A stretch of 61,947 nt of DNA from a virus (Duplodnaviria > Caudoviricetes): IMG/VR virus record IMGVR_UViG_3300033153_001808, positions 1-61,947 of that record, one strand, 5' to 3'. The translations under genes were made by a program, and so were the position numbers. Positions 27,966-37,500 of this stretch are shown here, piece after piece. How positions within the stretch are numbered: the first letter of the stretch is position 1; the number at the start of each line of letters is the position of its first letter. Under the pieces are notes generated by a model that worked only from the letters and a program-made list of their open reading frames with translations, had not been told where the DNA came from and did no database searches.

Positions 27966-28880
27966 CTAACCAGAACCAACTCCACCTGCAGTGAGGTAAT
28001 AATAAGTAGTACAACCCGCTAGCGAAACATAGTTAGTTATTAAACCACCCTTTGTTATACCCACAACTGTGAATGAGCTACAATTACTCGCCTTAAAAGT
28101 AGCGGCACCAAGACCGTCCATGTGTATATTACTAAAGTTCATGTTAGTACTATAATATGCACCACCTACAAGACTAACAGCACAAGCAGTACCACCTACT
28201 CCAACTATATTTAGGTCACTAACCACTAAATCGCCAAAGGCATCACCAGTACAGTACACACCGGCTATTGTTACCCATCCTCTAAGCCCAGAAATAATTA
28301 TACCAGTAGGATTATCATTAGCTTCACTAGCAACACTAGTGTCTATATGAACAAGACTACTTAAACTACTACTATTAGTACTGTTTAGATTATTTATATA
28401 CATCCAACCACTATATATACCTACACGTATTCCAGTTGTGATGTTAGCTCCAAAATGCAAGCCAGTAAAATTACCATAAGAACCTCCGCCATTAGTACCT
28501 GAATAATTACCGTCAGCTAAATATATAGCAGTAGCTCCAGATGAAGCAGTAAACCAAATATCCTGAACACCATTTCCATACCAAGCTCCAGTAGTAAAAT
28601 GCAGAATAGGATTTCCGCTTGTGCCGTTAACGACAGTTGAACCTATCCCTGAACCACGTATGTGTATGTTTACATTAGTTATATAAATTGTACTACTAAT
28701 TGTCCAGGTGCCGGAACTTAAATAAACTACTCCACCTCCAGCAGCAGCAGTAATTGCGGCAGTTACGGCAGCTTGAGTTCCATGTGTACCATAATCATCT
28801 GCATTGTAGTATATACTTACATCGGTTAAGGCAGCACCACTTGCACTTTTTCCTTCTAGTAAAGGATCACCTATTGCCAT
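27966..28880 (-). CDS. tailspike-like right-handed beta-helix (pectate-lyase-like) protein
   Basis: AAITAAAGGGVVYLSSGTW..IHIRGSG..STV. Confidence 0.7.
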   Translation of the reverse strand: MAIGDPLLEGKSASGAALTDVSIYYNADDYGTHGTQAAVTAAITAAAGGGVVYLSSGTWTISSTIYITNVNIHIRGSGIGSTVVNGTSGNPILHFTTGAWYGNGVQDIWFTASSGATAIYLADGNYSGTNGGGSYGNFTGLHFGANITTGIRVGIYSGWMYINNLNSTNSSSLSSLVHIDTSVASEANDNPTGIIISGLRGWVTIAGVYCTGDAFGDLVVSDLNIVGVGGTACAVSLVGGAYYSTNMNFSNIHMDGLGAATFKASNCSSFTVVGITKGGLITNYVSLAGCTTYYYLTAGGVGSG

Positions 28881-28888
28881 AACAACCT

Positions 28889-29176
28889 CTATTTGACCTT
28901 AGCCAATTCATCAAAGAACTCTATGAGTTCCACCACTCCACCAGTCCACTGACAATTATCAAGAGCCTTGTACAGGAAAACAAACTCAGTGTCTTCTAAT
29001 TCTAATGTATCAACTGCTGCTTTAATCTTACTACTGATCTTTAAAGTAAGGGTTATGTTATCTAGTCCTTTCAAACCTTCCTCATAAGCACTAAGTGCAA
29101 CACCCATTAGTTCTTGTGATGTAACTGGCTCGTCTCGTCCTGTGGTCTTCATTGATACTAGTTTTAATGTTTTCAT
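28889..29176 (-). CDS. putative tail fibre assembly chaperone
   Basis: Small helical protein between fibre genes; LELEDTEFVFL..W. Confidence 0.45.
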   Translation of the reverse strand: MKTLKLVSMKTTGRDEPVTSQELMGVALSAYEEGLKGLDNITLTLKISSKIKAAVDTLELEDTEFVFLYKALDNCQWTGGVVELIEFFDELAKVK

Positions 29177-29194
29177 TTCGTCCTCCTGGGACGG

Positions 29195-30454
29195 TTAGTT
29201 CAATATATTTGCATCTTCTAGTCTGTCTTCTAGTTCTTTAAGTCTTTCATGAAGCTGTATTATATAAAGAGCTTGTTCTTCTGATTTTATGATTAACTCC
29301 TGTGCGGCTTTTCCAAGACTCATCTTGTCTTGATTTCTATTTACAGTCATACCAGGAAGTTGAGTATTAGCGGCTATGTAATTACTCATCTCATTTATTG
29401 ACATCAAGTCATAATCATCCTCAAACACAAAATCAGTACAAGTCACTATACCACAACTTGATACAATCTGTCCTTTCACAGTCAAATCACAAGAACCGTC
29501 AGCAGCTATCGCTATATCCATCATTTCATTAGTACCAGTACCAAAATTATTTGCACATCTAAACCAATATAGTCGACTTCCAACTAGATAATTCAATACA
29601 CAACGACTTCCAGACGAACTGTTTGTATCTTCTATATAAACACCAGGAGTAGCGGCATGACCTACTCTAAACTGCCCAGCTGTTGAAATCTGTACATTAT
29701 TAGCTCCACTATAATACCCACGTGAAGTTATATTACCCACCATGTCTATAGCAAAAGCAGAGTGCCCACTGGTATCAGTTAAGTTATTCCTGTCCTCAAT
29801 AGTAAAAGCCTTTCTAGTAGTATGTGTCAATGAATCAAAAGGAAAAACTCTAATCCCCTCAGAATCAGCATCAGTACCTACACCGGCAGCTATAGCTATA
29901 CCACCACCATGAGTTGCGTTCCAGTTAGTTGCAAGCAATCCAGTTTGAGCACCATGTACGTCACATTCAATAGCAACACCATGATTTCTGGCTATAGGAG
30001 TGTTTGAAAGTGTTGTACCAGTTATAGTTCTTAACGCCGATGGAACCTCACTACTATACACAGGATCGTATTTCTGAAAGGTTGCCGCGTTTCCATAACC
30101 CCATTCGGACGAGACTATTCCAGAAGAGTCTCCGCCGTTATCAACATCACTGTAGTGGAAGATTATTATTCCAGAGCTTATTTGTTTAGTATAAGGAGGC
30201 ACATCAGGGTCAACATTATAAGTGACGACCGAATTAACATTCTCAATCCATAAAGAAGTCTTCACACAATTAGTAAGTTTATTAAGAATAAAGGCTGTAT
30301 GAGAATAAAAACCCGAGTAAGATGGACTAAAAGAACCATTAGCATAACCTCCACCACTACTAGGTTCAATGATTATGTAACTAGGATTATGAGCAGTAGC
30401 ATCAATAGCCAACTCAGCATCTTTATTAATTATTAAAGGATCACCAGTTGCCAT
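29195..30454 (-). CDS. tail fibre with C-terminal intramolecular-chaperone-like coiled coil
   Basis: DFVFEDDYDL..LPG..KSEEQALYIIQLHERLKELE; GGAGG RBS before MATGDPL. Confidence 0.7.
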   Translation of the reverse strand: MATGDPLIINKDAELAIDATAHNPSYIIIEPSSGGGYANGSFSPSYSGFYSHTAFILNKLTNCVKTSLWIENVNSVVTYNVDPDVPPYTKQISSGIIIFHYSDVDNGGDSSGIVSSEWGYGNAATFQKYDPVYSSEVPSALRTITGTTLSNTPIARNHGVAIECDVHGAQTGLLATNWNATHGGGIAIAAGVGTDADSEGIRVFPFDSLTHTTRKAFTIEDRNNLTDTSGHSAFAIDMVGNITSRGYYSGANNVQISTAGQFRVGHAATPGVYIEDTNSSSGSRCVLNYLVGSRLYWFRCANNFGTGTNEMMDIAIAADGSCDLTVKGQIVSSCGIVTCTDFVFEDDYDLMSINEMSNYIAANTQLPGMTVNRNQDKMSLGKAAQELIIKSEEQALYIIQLHERLKELEDRLEDANILN

Positions 30455-31356
30455 TACCACACCTCCGTATCATGGTCTATATTAAACACATTACTATCCC
30501 AAGGACCTCTAGTTTCTAACCAAGGTCTTATTCGTCTAGGCAAGGAACTCGTACTAAGGTCTTCGATAATCATCTGTCTCATTAAGCCCTGGAACTCTGT
30601 CTGTGCATCCCTGGCCATCCCAATAAATGCGGGATTTTGCGTGACACCAAATGCTTGTCTATAGCAGTCCCACAAAGCTCCTGCTTCCAGAATCTCAGAT
30701 CTAAACACCGGCTCATCTGTATCAGCACTCAGATCACTAACCTTCTTCTTATAAAACACAGTAATTGCATAATCAGTATCCCCGGCGGGCCAGATCTCAA
30801 GACTTATGATCCCCAAAGCACTACTTTTACTAAACACACTCCAATAAAGTGGAGGTCCAGTAGACTCTCTCTCAGGATCTACAGTATTAAAATACTCTTT
30901 GGGTCTCTGTCCCATCTCTGTCTGGTACACAACCATCCGCACTTCGGCCACATCTCCAACCGCCGGACTGTATACCTGTGGCCAATGACTAAAATCCTGG
31001 GCAGTAGCATCATCTTCTGCATAGGAAGTCTCTAGTGTGAGCTGAGTAGTACTGTCCACAGAACTTATTACATAAGGCTGTGACTCACTTCCTATCCTGA
31101 ACAGATGCGCCGCAATTCCACTCCAGCTCGTACTAGTTCCAGTCACCGTGGTAGATCCCTGAGTCACAGCACAGCTCTCACTGCTTGTATTACTCACCTG
31201 CTCTTCAATTCTAATAACTGTTGAGTCATTCAAGAAAGCCCAGTCTTCTACACCTAAGATCTGTTGATACCTCACATTGATCCGCTGCTTTATGACCGGG
31301 ATACTAAGCATAGGTACAAATTGCCGGATATTTAAAGCCATTAACCTGAAGTTCAT
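30454..31356 (-). CDS. head-tail adaptor / tail tubular protein A-like with inserted beta domain
   Basis: IKQRIN..DWAFL; TGPPLYW; LEIWP..; DTDEPVF; insertion VTQGSTTVTG..VDSTTQLTL. Confidence 0.7.
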   Translation of the reverse strand: MNFRLMALNIRQFVPMLSIPVIKQRINVRYQQILGVEDWAFLNDSTVIRIEEQVSNTSSESCAVTQGSTTVTGTSTSWSGIAAHLFRIGSESQPYVISSVDSTTQLTLETSYAEDDATAQDFSHWPQVYSPAVGDVAEVRMVVYQTEMGQRPKEYFNTVDPERESTGPPLYWSVFSKSSALGIISLEIWPAGDTDYAITVFYKKKVSDLSADTDEPVFRSEILEAGALWDCYRQAFGVTQNPAFIGMARDAQTEFQGLMRQMIIEDLSTSSLPRRIRPWLETRGPWDSNVFNIDHDTEVW

Positions 31357-31372
31357 AATTCTTCTCCACTAC

Positions 31373-31395
31373 ATCCATTCATTAAATGAATCGTT
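31373..31395. promoter_or_regulatory. palindromic repeat motif, copy 3
   Basis: Minus strand aacgattcatttaatgaatggat between stop 31395 and the RBS of 31356. Confidence 0.7.
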
Positions 31396-34300
31396 TACAC
31401 ATTGTCAGCCCTACTTAGTTCTACCCAACCTCCACTAATACCCATTAACATAACAGTATCATAAGCACTATTAAAGGTAAAATTAGCCTGACACTGTATA
31501 TTACCCCCATCAGTCATGGTAAGACTAGACGTAGACCGTATGACCAAGAGATGTCCATCAGGCCCAGTTGATCCGTCTATAGTAGCACTATTAAAATTAG
31601 TACTCCCAGTTAGTAATATATTATGAGCATTACCTGTAATCACAAGTGTTCCAGCACTAGCTACACTACTTACCGCACCAAATTCTCCACCACCTCCAAC
31701 AGGGCTTGTTCCACTTGTACCCGCAGTACCACTTGTTCCATCTCCGCTTGTACCGCTTGTTCCGCCACCGCTAGTTCCACTCGTACCAACACCACTTGTC
31801 CCTGCCGTCCCACTTGTTCCTGCACTACCACTCGTTCCTGAACTCCCACTTGTACCGCTACTTCCACTCGTACCAGACGAACCGCTCGTTCCACTAGTAC
31901 CGGAAGTTCCACTCGAACCCGAAGTAATTCCAGAAGCACTTGTTCCGCTAGTACCCGAACTCCCGCTGGTTCCGCTTGTACCACTCGTTCCAGACGAGCC
32001 TGAACTTCCAGAAGTTCCACTTGTTCCACTACTACCTGATGTAATACCAGCAGCACTTGTGCCACTTGTACCTGAACTTCCGCTAGTCCCGCTTGTACCA
32101 CTAATTCCACTACTCCCACTTGTCCCAGATGTACCAGAAGTTCCCTGTATACCACCACCACTTGCAATCGCATAGTAACCAGCAACCGCACTCGGAAATG
32201 TCAACACAACATCATTAACCCCAGTAAATTCTATATTACTAGGTATAATAGTATTATAAGAACTATCTGTTACCTCTACTACAACAGGCTGGTAGCCTAG
32301 ATTATGATTTATATTCCAAGTAGTTGCTGAACCATTAGTACCGTAGAACGCCCCGGCAATAGCCTGTGTACCAGAAGTACCAGCAGTACCACTCGTGCCA
32401 GAACTACCACTTGTTCCAGCAGTACCAGAAGTCCCGCTACTACCAGAAGTACCACTACTTCCTGATGTACCTGATGTACCACTGCTACCAGAAGTAATAC
32501 CAGAAGCACTTGTTCCAGAGGTCCCACTACTTCCACTAGTTCCACTCATACCACTTGTACCTGAACTCCCGCTTGTGCCTGATGTTCCACTTGATCCAGA
32601 ACTTCCTGATGTACCACTCGTACCGCTAGATCCCGATGTACCGCTAGTTCCACTAGATCCACTAGTACCAGATCCACTCGTACCAGACGTCCCTGATCCA
32701 CTCGTACCACTTGAACCAGCCGTTCCGCTTGTTCCAGAACTCCCACTAGTACCAGACGTACCGCTACTTCCTGCTGTACCAGACGTTCCACTAGAACCGG
32801 AGGTCCCACTAGATCCGCTAGTACCTGAGGTCCCCGAACTTCCACTACTACCAGAAGTTCCACTCGATCCACTAGAACCAGAGGTAACACCAACACCACT
32901 CGTTCCTGAGGTTCCGCTAGTACCACTGGTGCCTCCACCACTTGCCATAGCATAATAGCCACTAACAGCACTTGGAAAGGTTAGAGTAACTGTATCTATA
33001 TCGTCAAAACTTATATTACTAGGTATAATAGTATTATAACTATCGTCAGTTACTTCCACCACAACAGGTTTATAACCTAGACTATGAACTATTGTCCAGC
33101 TAGTACTTGCAGCTCCTTGAGTTCCATAAAATCCTCCAGCCACCGCTTGGGTTCCACTTGTTCCGGCGGTTCCACTTGTACCAGAACTACCAGAAGTACC
33201 ACTAGAGCCAGACGTACCAGAAGTCCCACTAGAACCTGATGTACCACTACTACCACTTGTTCCAGAAGTACCAGATGAACCGCTAGAACCAGAAGTACCA
33301 CTCGTTCCACTGCTTCCAGATGTACCGCTTGTACCGGAACTTCCACTCGTACCGCTAGTCCCACTAGAACCAGAACTCCCACTTGAACCAGAGGTCCCAC
33401 TAGTACCTGAACTACCACTTGTCCCACTGGTACCTGAACTCCCTGATGTTCCACTACTTCCAGAAGTACCTGAGGTCCCACTTGATCCAGAAGTCCCTGA
33501 GGAACCGCTTGTACCACTTGAGCCAGATGTTCCACTAGAACCAGAGGTTCCGCTTGTGCCACTACTACCAGACGTGATTCCGGTGGCTGATGTACCAGAG
33601 GTTCCAGAACTTCCACTTGTTCCTGAGGTTCCAGCTGTTCCTGAGGTTCCACTAGATCCACTTGTTCCTGCTGTACCACTGGTTCCACTACTACCAGATG
33701 TACCAGATGTTCCACTACTCCCAGACGTACCGCTGGTTCCACTCGAACCAGACGTTCCGCTACTCCCAGATGTACCAGAAGTACCTGAACTGCCTGACGT
33801 ACCTGAAGTACCGCTAGATCCGGCAGTTCCTGATGTACCACTAGATCCGGCTGTGCCTGAGGTACCAGAACTCCCACTCGTACCACTTGATCCACTAGTC
33901 CCGCTTGATCCGCTGGTGCCACTAGTTCCACTCGATCCTGATGTACCAGACGAACCAGAAGAGCCAGAACTTACACCAACACCAGAGGTACCAGACGTTC
34001 CTGATGTACCAGAACTTCCAGAAGTCCCTGATGTACCCGATGTACCACTAGTTCCACTAGTTCCTGATGATCCTGACGAGCCACTAGAACCAGAACTTAC
34101 ACCCGAGCCAGAGGTACCAGATGTACCAGCTGTACCGGAAGTACCACTAGATCCACTACTCCCACTTGACCCACTAGTACCTGCTGTTCCAGACGAACCA
34201 CTTGTTCCTGATGTACCTGAACTACCGGATGTTCCACTTGTACCACTAGTGCCTATAGCACTTGTACCAGATGTCCCACTAGTACCACCCGTACCAGAAG

Positions 34301-34571
34301 TGACACCGACCCCACTAGTACCACTTGTACCTGATGTTCCACCAGTACCAGAAGTCGATACCACACTATCAGCATACGCCTTAATAGCTCCTTCTGTAAC
34401 CAAGCTAGTATTACTAGTACCTAAACTAGTGCTAGAAGAAATCTCACTAATGGCAACAGAAGTAGCATCATCTTCAAATGTACCCCCATCCAATATAACC
34501 TTTCCACCAGCAGAATAGGTATGTTCAGCGGTTATAGTGGCATCAATAGTAGTCGTTAATGTCGTAGGCAT
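31395..34571 (-). CDS. Gly-Thr/Ser-Ser triplet repeat fibre protein
   Basis: Long runs of G-[TS]-S triplets interrupted by two homologous globular domains (W.I.H.LGY.PVVVEVTD.SYNTIIPSNI.F). Confidence 0.85.
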   Translation of the reverse strand: MPTTLTTTIDATITAEHTYSAGGKVILDGGTFEDDATSVAISEISSSTSLGTSNTSLVTEGAIKAYADSVVSTSGTGGTSGTSGTSGVGVTSGTGGTSGTSGTSAIGTSGTSGTSGSSGTSGTSGSSGTAGTSGSSGSSGSSGTSGTAGTSGTSGSGVSSGSSGSSGSSGTSGTSGTSGTSGTSGSSGTSGTSGTSGVGVSSGSSGSSGTSGSSGTSGTSGSSGTSGSSGTSGSSGTSGTAGSSGTSGTAGSSGTSGTSGSSGTSGTSGSSGTSGSSGTSGTSGSSGTSGTSGSSGTSGTAGTSGSSGTSGTAGTSGTSGSSGTSGTSATGITSGSSGTSGTSGSSGTSGSSGTSGSSGTSGSSGTSGTSGSSGTSGSSGTSGTSGSSGTSGTSGSSGSSGSSGTSGTSGSSGTSGTSGSSGTSGTSGSSGSSGTSGTSGSSGTSGSSGTSGTSGSSGTSGSSGTSGTAGTSGTQAVAGGFYGTQGAASTSWTIVHSLGYKPVVVEVTDDSYNTIIPSNISFDDIDTVTLTFPSAVSGYYAMASGGGTSGTSGTSGTSGVGVTSGSSGSSGTSGSSGSSGTSGTSGSSGTSGSSGTSGTAGSSGTSGTSGSSGTSGTAGSSGTSGSGTSGTSGSGTSGSSGTSGTSGSSGTSGTSGSSGSSGTSGTSGSSGTSGMSGTSGSSGTSGTSASGITSGSSGTSGTSGSSGTSGSSGTSGTAGTSGSSGTSGTAGTSGTQAIAGAFYGTNGSATTWNINHNLGYQPVVVEVTDSSYNTIIPSNIEFTGVNDVVLTFPSAVAGYYAIASGGGIQGTSGTSGTSGSSGISGTSGTSGSSGTSGTSAAGITSGSSGTSGTSGSSGSSGTSGTSGTSGSSGTSGTSASGITSGSSGTSGTSGTSGSSGTSGSSGTSGSSGTSGSAGTSGTAGTSGVGTSGTSGGGTSGTSGDGTSGTAGTSGTSPVGGGGEFGAVSSVASAGTLVITGNAHNILLTGSTNFNSATIDGSTGPDGHLLVIRSTSSLTMTDGGNIQCQANFTFNSAYDTVMLMGISGGWVELSRADNV
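31700..34355 (-). repeat. degenerate 9-bp (GTS/GSS codon) tandem repeat region
   Basis: Recurrent accactagt/tccacttgt/accagaagt variants, synonymously diversified. Confidence 0.9.
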
Positions 34572-34583
34572 TTTGTTACCCCG

Positions 34584-37500
34584 TTAAACTATGTTTGTAA
34601 GAATCTCACCAACAGCCTTTATTACAGTCTCAGGTTTGATGTTTTTACTGCACTCAAAATCCTTATTCTTAGGACACCAAGCCCAATTATCACGAGCAAA
34701 TGTCACACTACTATCATTAAAACACCCATGACAAACATCTTTGTTTATAATCCTATGATTACCAGATTGAAATTCACAAAACGGTTCACTGAAACCAGAG
34801 ACCATAACGACTGGCGTGTTGACCGCCCAACTTAACCAACTAAGACCAGAACCTACACCTAAAAACATTTTTGCTTTGGCTAACACATCTGCTACTTGAG
34901 TAATAGGTGAAGTATGTATTGGTGTGACATTCTTTAACTCTGTTCCTTCTTTGCCTATGGTTAAAACCTCTAAACCCTGCGAGGTTATATAATCAACCAC
35001 CTCTTGCCATCCACCTACATAGTTCCAATACTTAGCTTGCATAGTAGAATGTTCCGACAAGCATACATAATCTTTAGGTAATTTATGTTGATACTCACTC
35101 ATGGAAATTTTAGGTTTTAGTTCTTTATACTCCAATCCTAACATATCTGTGCCTACTTGCTGTAAAGGCACCGAGTTCCACGGATGTTTATTCTTATCAC
35201 TATCTCCATCAAAGACACCAACACCAAAAGACGCATATATATTAGGGGCAACGTCGCCAACCTTGGTGAAGTCTATATTAGGATACACAGATTCAAACAA
35301 CTCATTCCACCAAGTAGCTGTTACAATACTACATTTATGTTCTTTTGCAAATGCTTCAAGATAAGGAAACCAAGCAATAGTATCACCTAAAGACTTACTA
35401 TCCATCCAAATTAAGACACGTTGTCCTATTGGATCGAATCTATGTGAAACTAATGTTTTATCAGTCTTGGTGTCTGTTACTCTAACTAGCCAATTACTGC
35501 AATACTTCCGACCAGGTCTAGCCCATTCACCACTACCTAAGATAGTACCATACATAGACCTACCAATATCTGAGTCAACAAAGTCAACCTTGTATTGACC
35601 ACCATTTGGACCTTGAACTTCACAATACGGACCATCTACAAAATGTACAGTTACATCTACATTATCGCTTCTACATAAATACAACATCTGTATGTGGTCA
35701 TTATCACCAAGGTATAATGTATAAGCAGAAAATCCGGCATTTGTTAGTCTGGTCAATAACTCAGTTCTCAATTCTGCTTTGAAGTCAAACAACATATTAT
35801 GATATTCTATACATATTTTTTGTACCTTAGCAAGATTATCGTCTGACAAACCAGCAAATAAATCCAACTCCGAACCTTCTATATCTACCTTTAAGTAATT
35901 AATCACATCCAGACCAAGCTCTCCAATCATGTGATCTAATGTGACTAGTTCTATTTGAACTGACTCACCTGTTTTAGTGTTATTTATATTATTATCTTTT
36001 ACACTATGTCCGCCCTCACAAGAGTGGATAAAAAGCTCTGAAATTCCGGCTTTGTTGGATATACCCAACTCTGATTTCCATGACTCCACATTCTTCTCCA
36101 AAGCACTATAATTATCTGGCTCTGGTTCAAAAGAATATACCTCACTAGCACCCATTTCTTTTGCGTATCGTGCAAATACACCTATATTACCACCACAATC
36201 TACTACAACATCCCCAGGTTCTATTTTACATCTACCATGTTCGTATGTCTTATCAACAAAGATCTCATGATATACACCACTAAAAGTATCAATTCCATCG
36301 ACAGATATATCAACAGGCTCAGTAGAATTTGGCAAATAATACTTAGTTCTTTCTAACTCAACCTTTTCAGTAGGCACTAAATACCTCTCGTACATTTCCT
36401 TTAATACCTTAGGATCATGTTGACAGTGCATTAACCACACACCAGACTTTTCTGGAATGTGTATATGTTCTGATAACCCACCTGCCAACACTGGCATGTA
36501 TTCACTGTAACTTTCTTGCCACTCTGCTGTGAAGAACTTATCAAAATACTTAGGCCAATATATGTCATAGATATGAACTCCTAATTGTTCTGTGGCTTCA
36601 TACTTCCATAGCATTAAGTTCATAAAAATCTCATCACCTAAAGGGCCGGACTTTTCTACCAACTCCTCAGGGGTAAGTTCATCTTTCCACTTCAGTACAT
36701 CTAACATGAATTGCTTACAGTTCTTATCAAACAAGAACATACAAGCCTGTACCCAAGGAGACATAGACCTCTCAGAGATTCCGAATTTTGTCTTTAGTTC
36801 CTCAAACCCAGGTGCTGGTATACCATTAGTTTGTACAACTACATGGTCATAGATATGCGAGGCAAAAAGCGGGTAATTATTTAACCTACCTACAGAGTCC
36901 CATATCCTGTCTATGCTTTCCGTACAAAAACTATCCCCATCTATCCAAGCATAATGACTACCTTCCACATTCTCTATTGCGTCTAGACCACATAATAATT
37001 TACAAAAATAAGAATCAACTGCTCGACCATCAGGCAGGGTAGCTTTTGAGGTAAAATCAATACGTCTTTTCTGCATACGTGGTAAGTCAAAAGGTATATC
37101 ACAACCAAAACCATAAACCACGATCTGTGCAGTAGAAAATTTCAACAGACTACTAACACAAGTTTCAATCAAAGGCATATAATTTGAATCACCACCAAGA
37201 ACAAATACAGGCTTCAAGGACTTTGCAATAGTAAAACCACCTACAATATCCTCGCAGACGTAGTCCTTTGTTAACATATGAAAGAAGCCAATTTCTGTAT
37301 TGTCAACCAGAGTTAGCTTTCCATCAAGCCATGTTGCGTTATCTTGTGTCTTCTCGTGTTGGAAGTTCTGTCCATTTAGTATTATCTCAAGTTTTACATC
37401 CTCTTCAATAAGTTTATCACTCCACATACTTTCATCAAAGTTAGTGTACTTGTCTGTCTCATCAAGCATGGATTGAAAACCAGGGGTGGAAGCATATAAC

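Noticed and set aside
32395-34518. Long + strand ORFs (32395..32955, 33556..34518) and alternate - frames with PLVP/VVQ repeats
   Set aside because: These are antisense or out-of-frame shadows of the GTS repeat. They lack RBSs, and the + strand ones oppose the operon direction.
31395-34571. Duplicated domain in the fibre as a DGR template/variable repeat pair
   Set aside because: Both copies are in-frame coding, the differences are not adenine-specific, and no reverse transcriptase is present.
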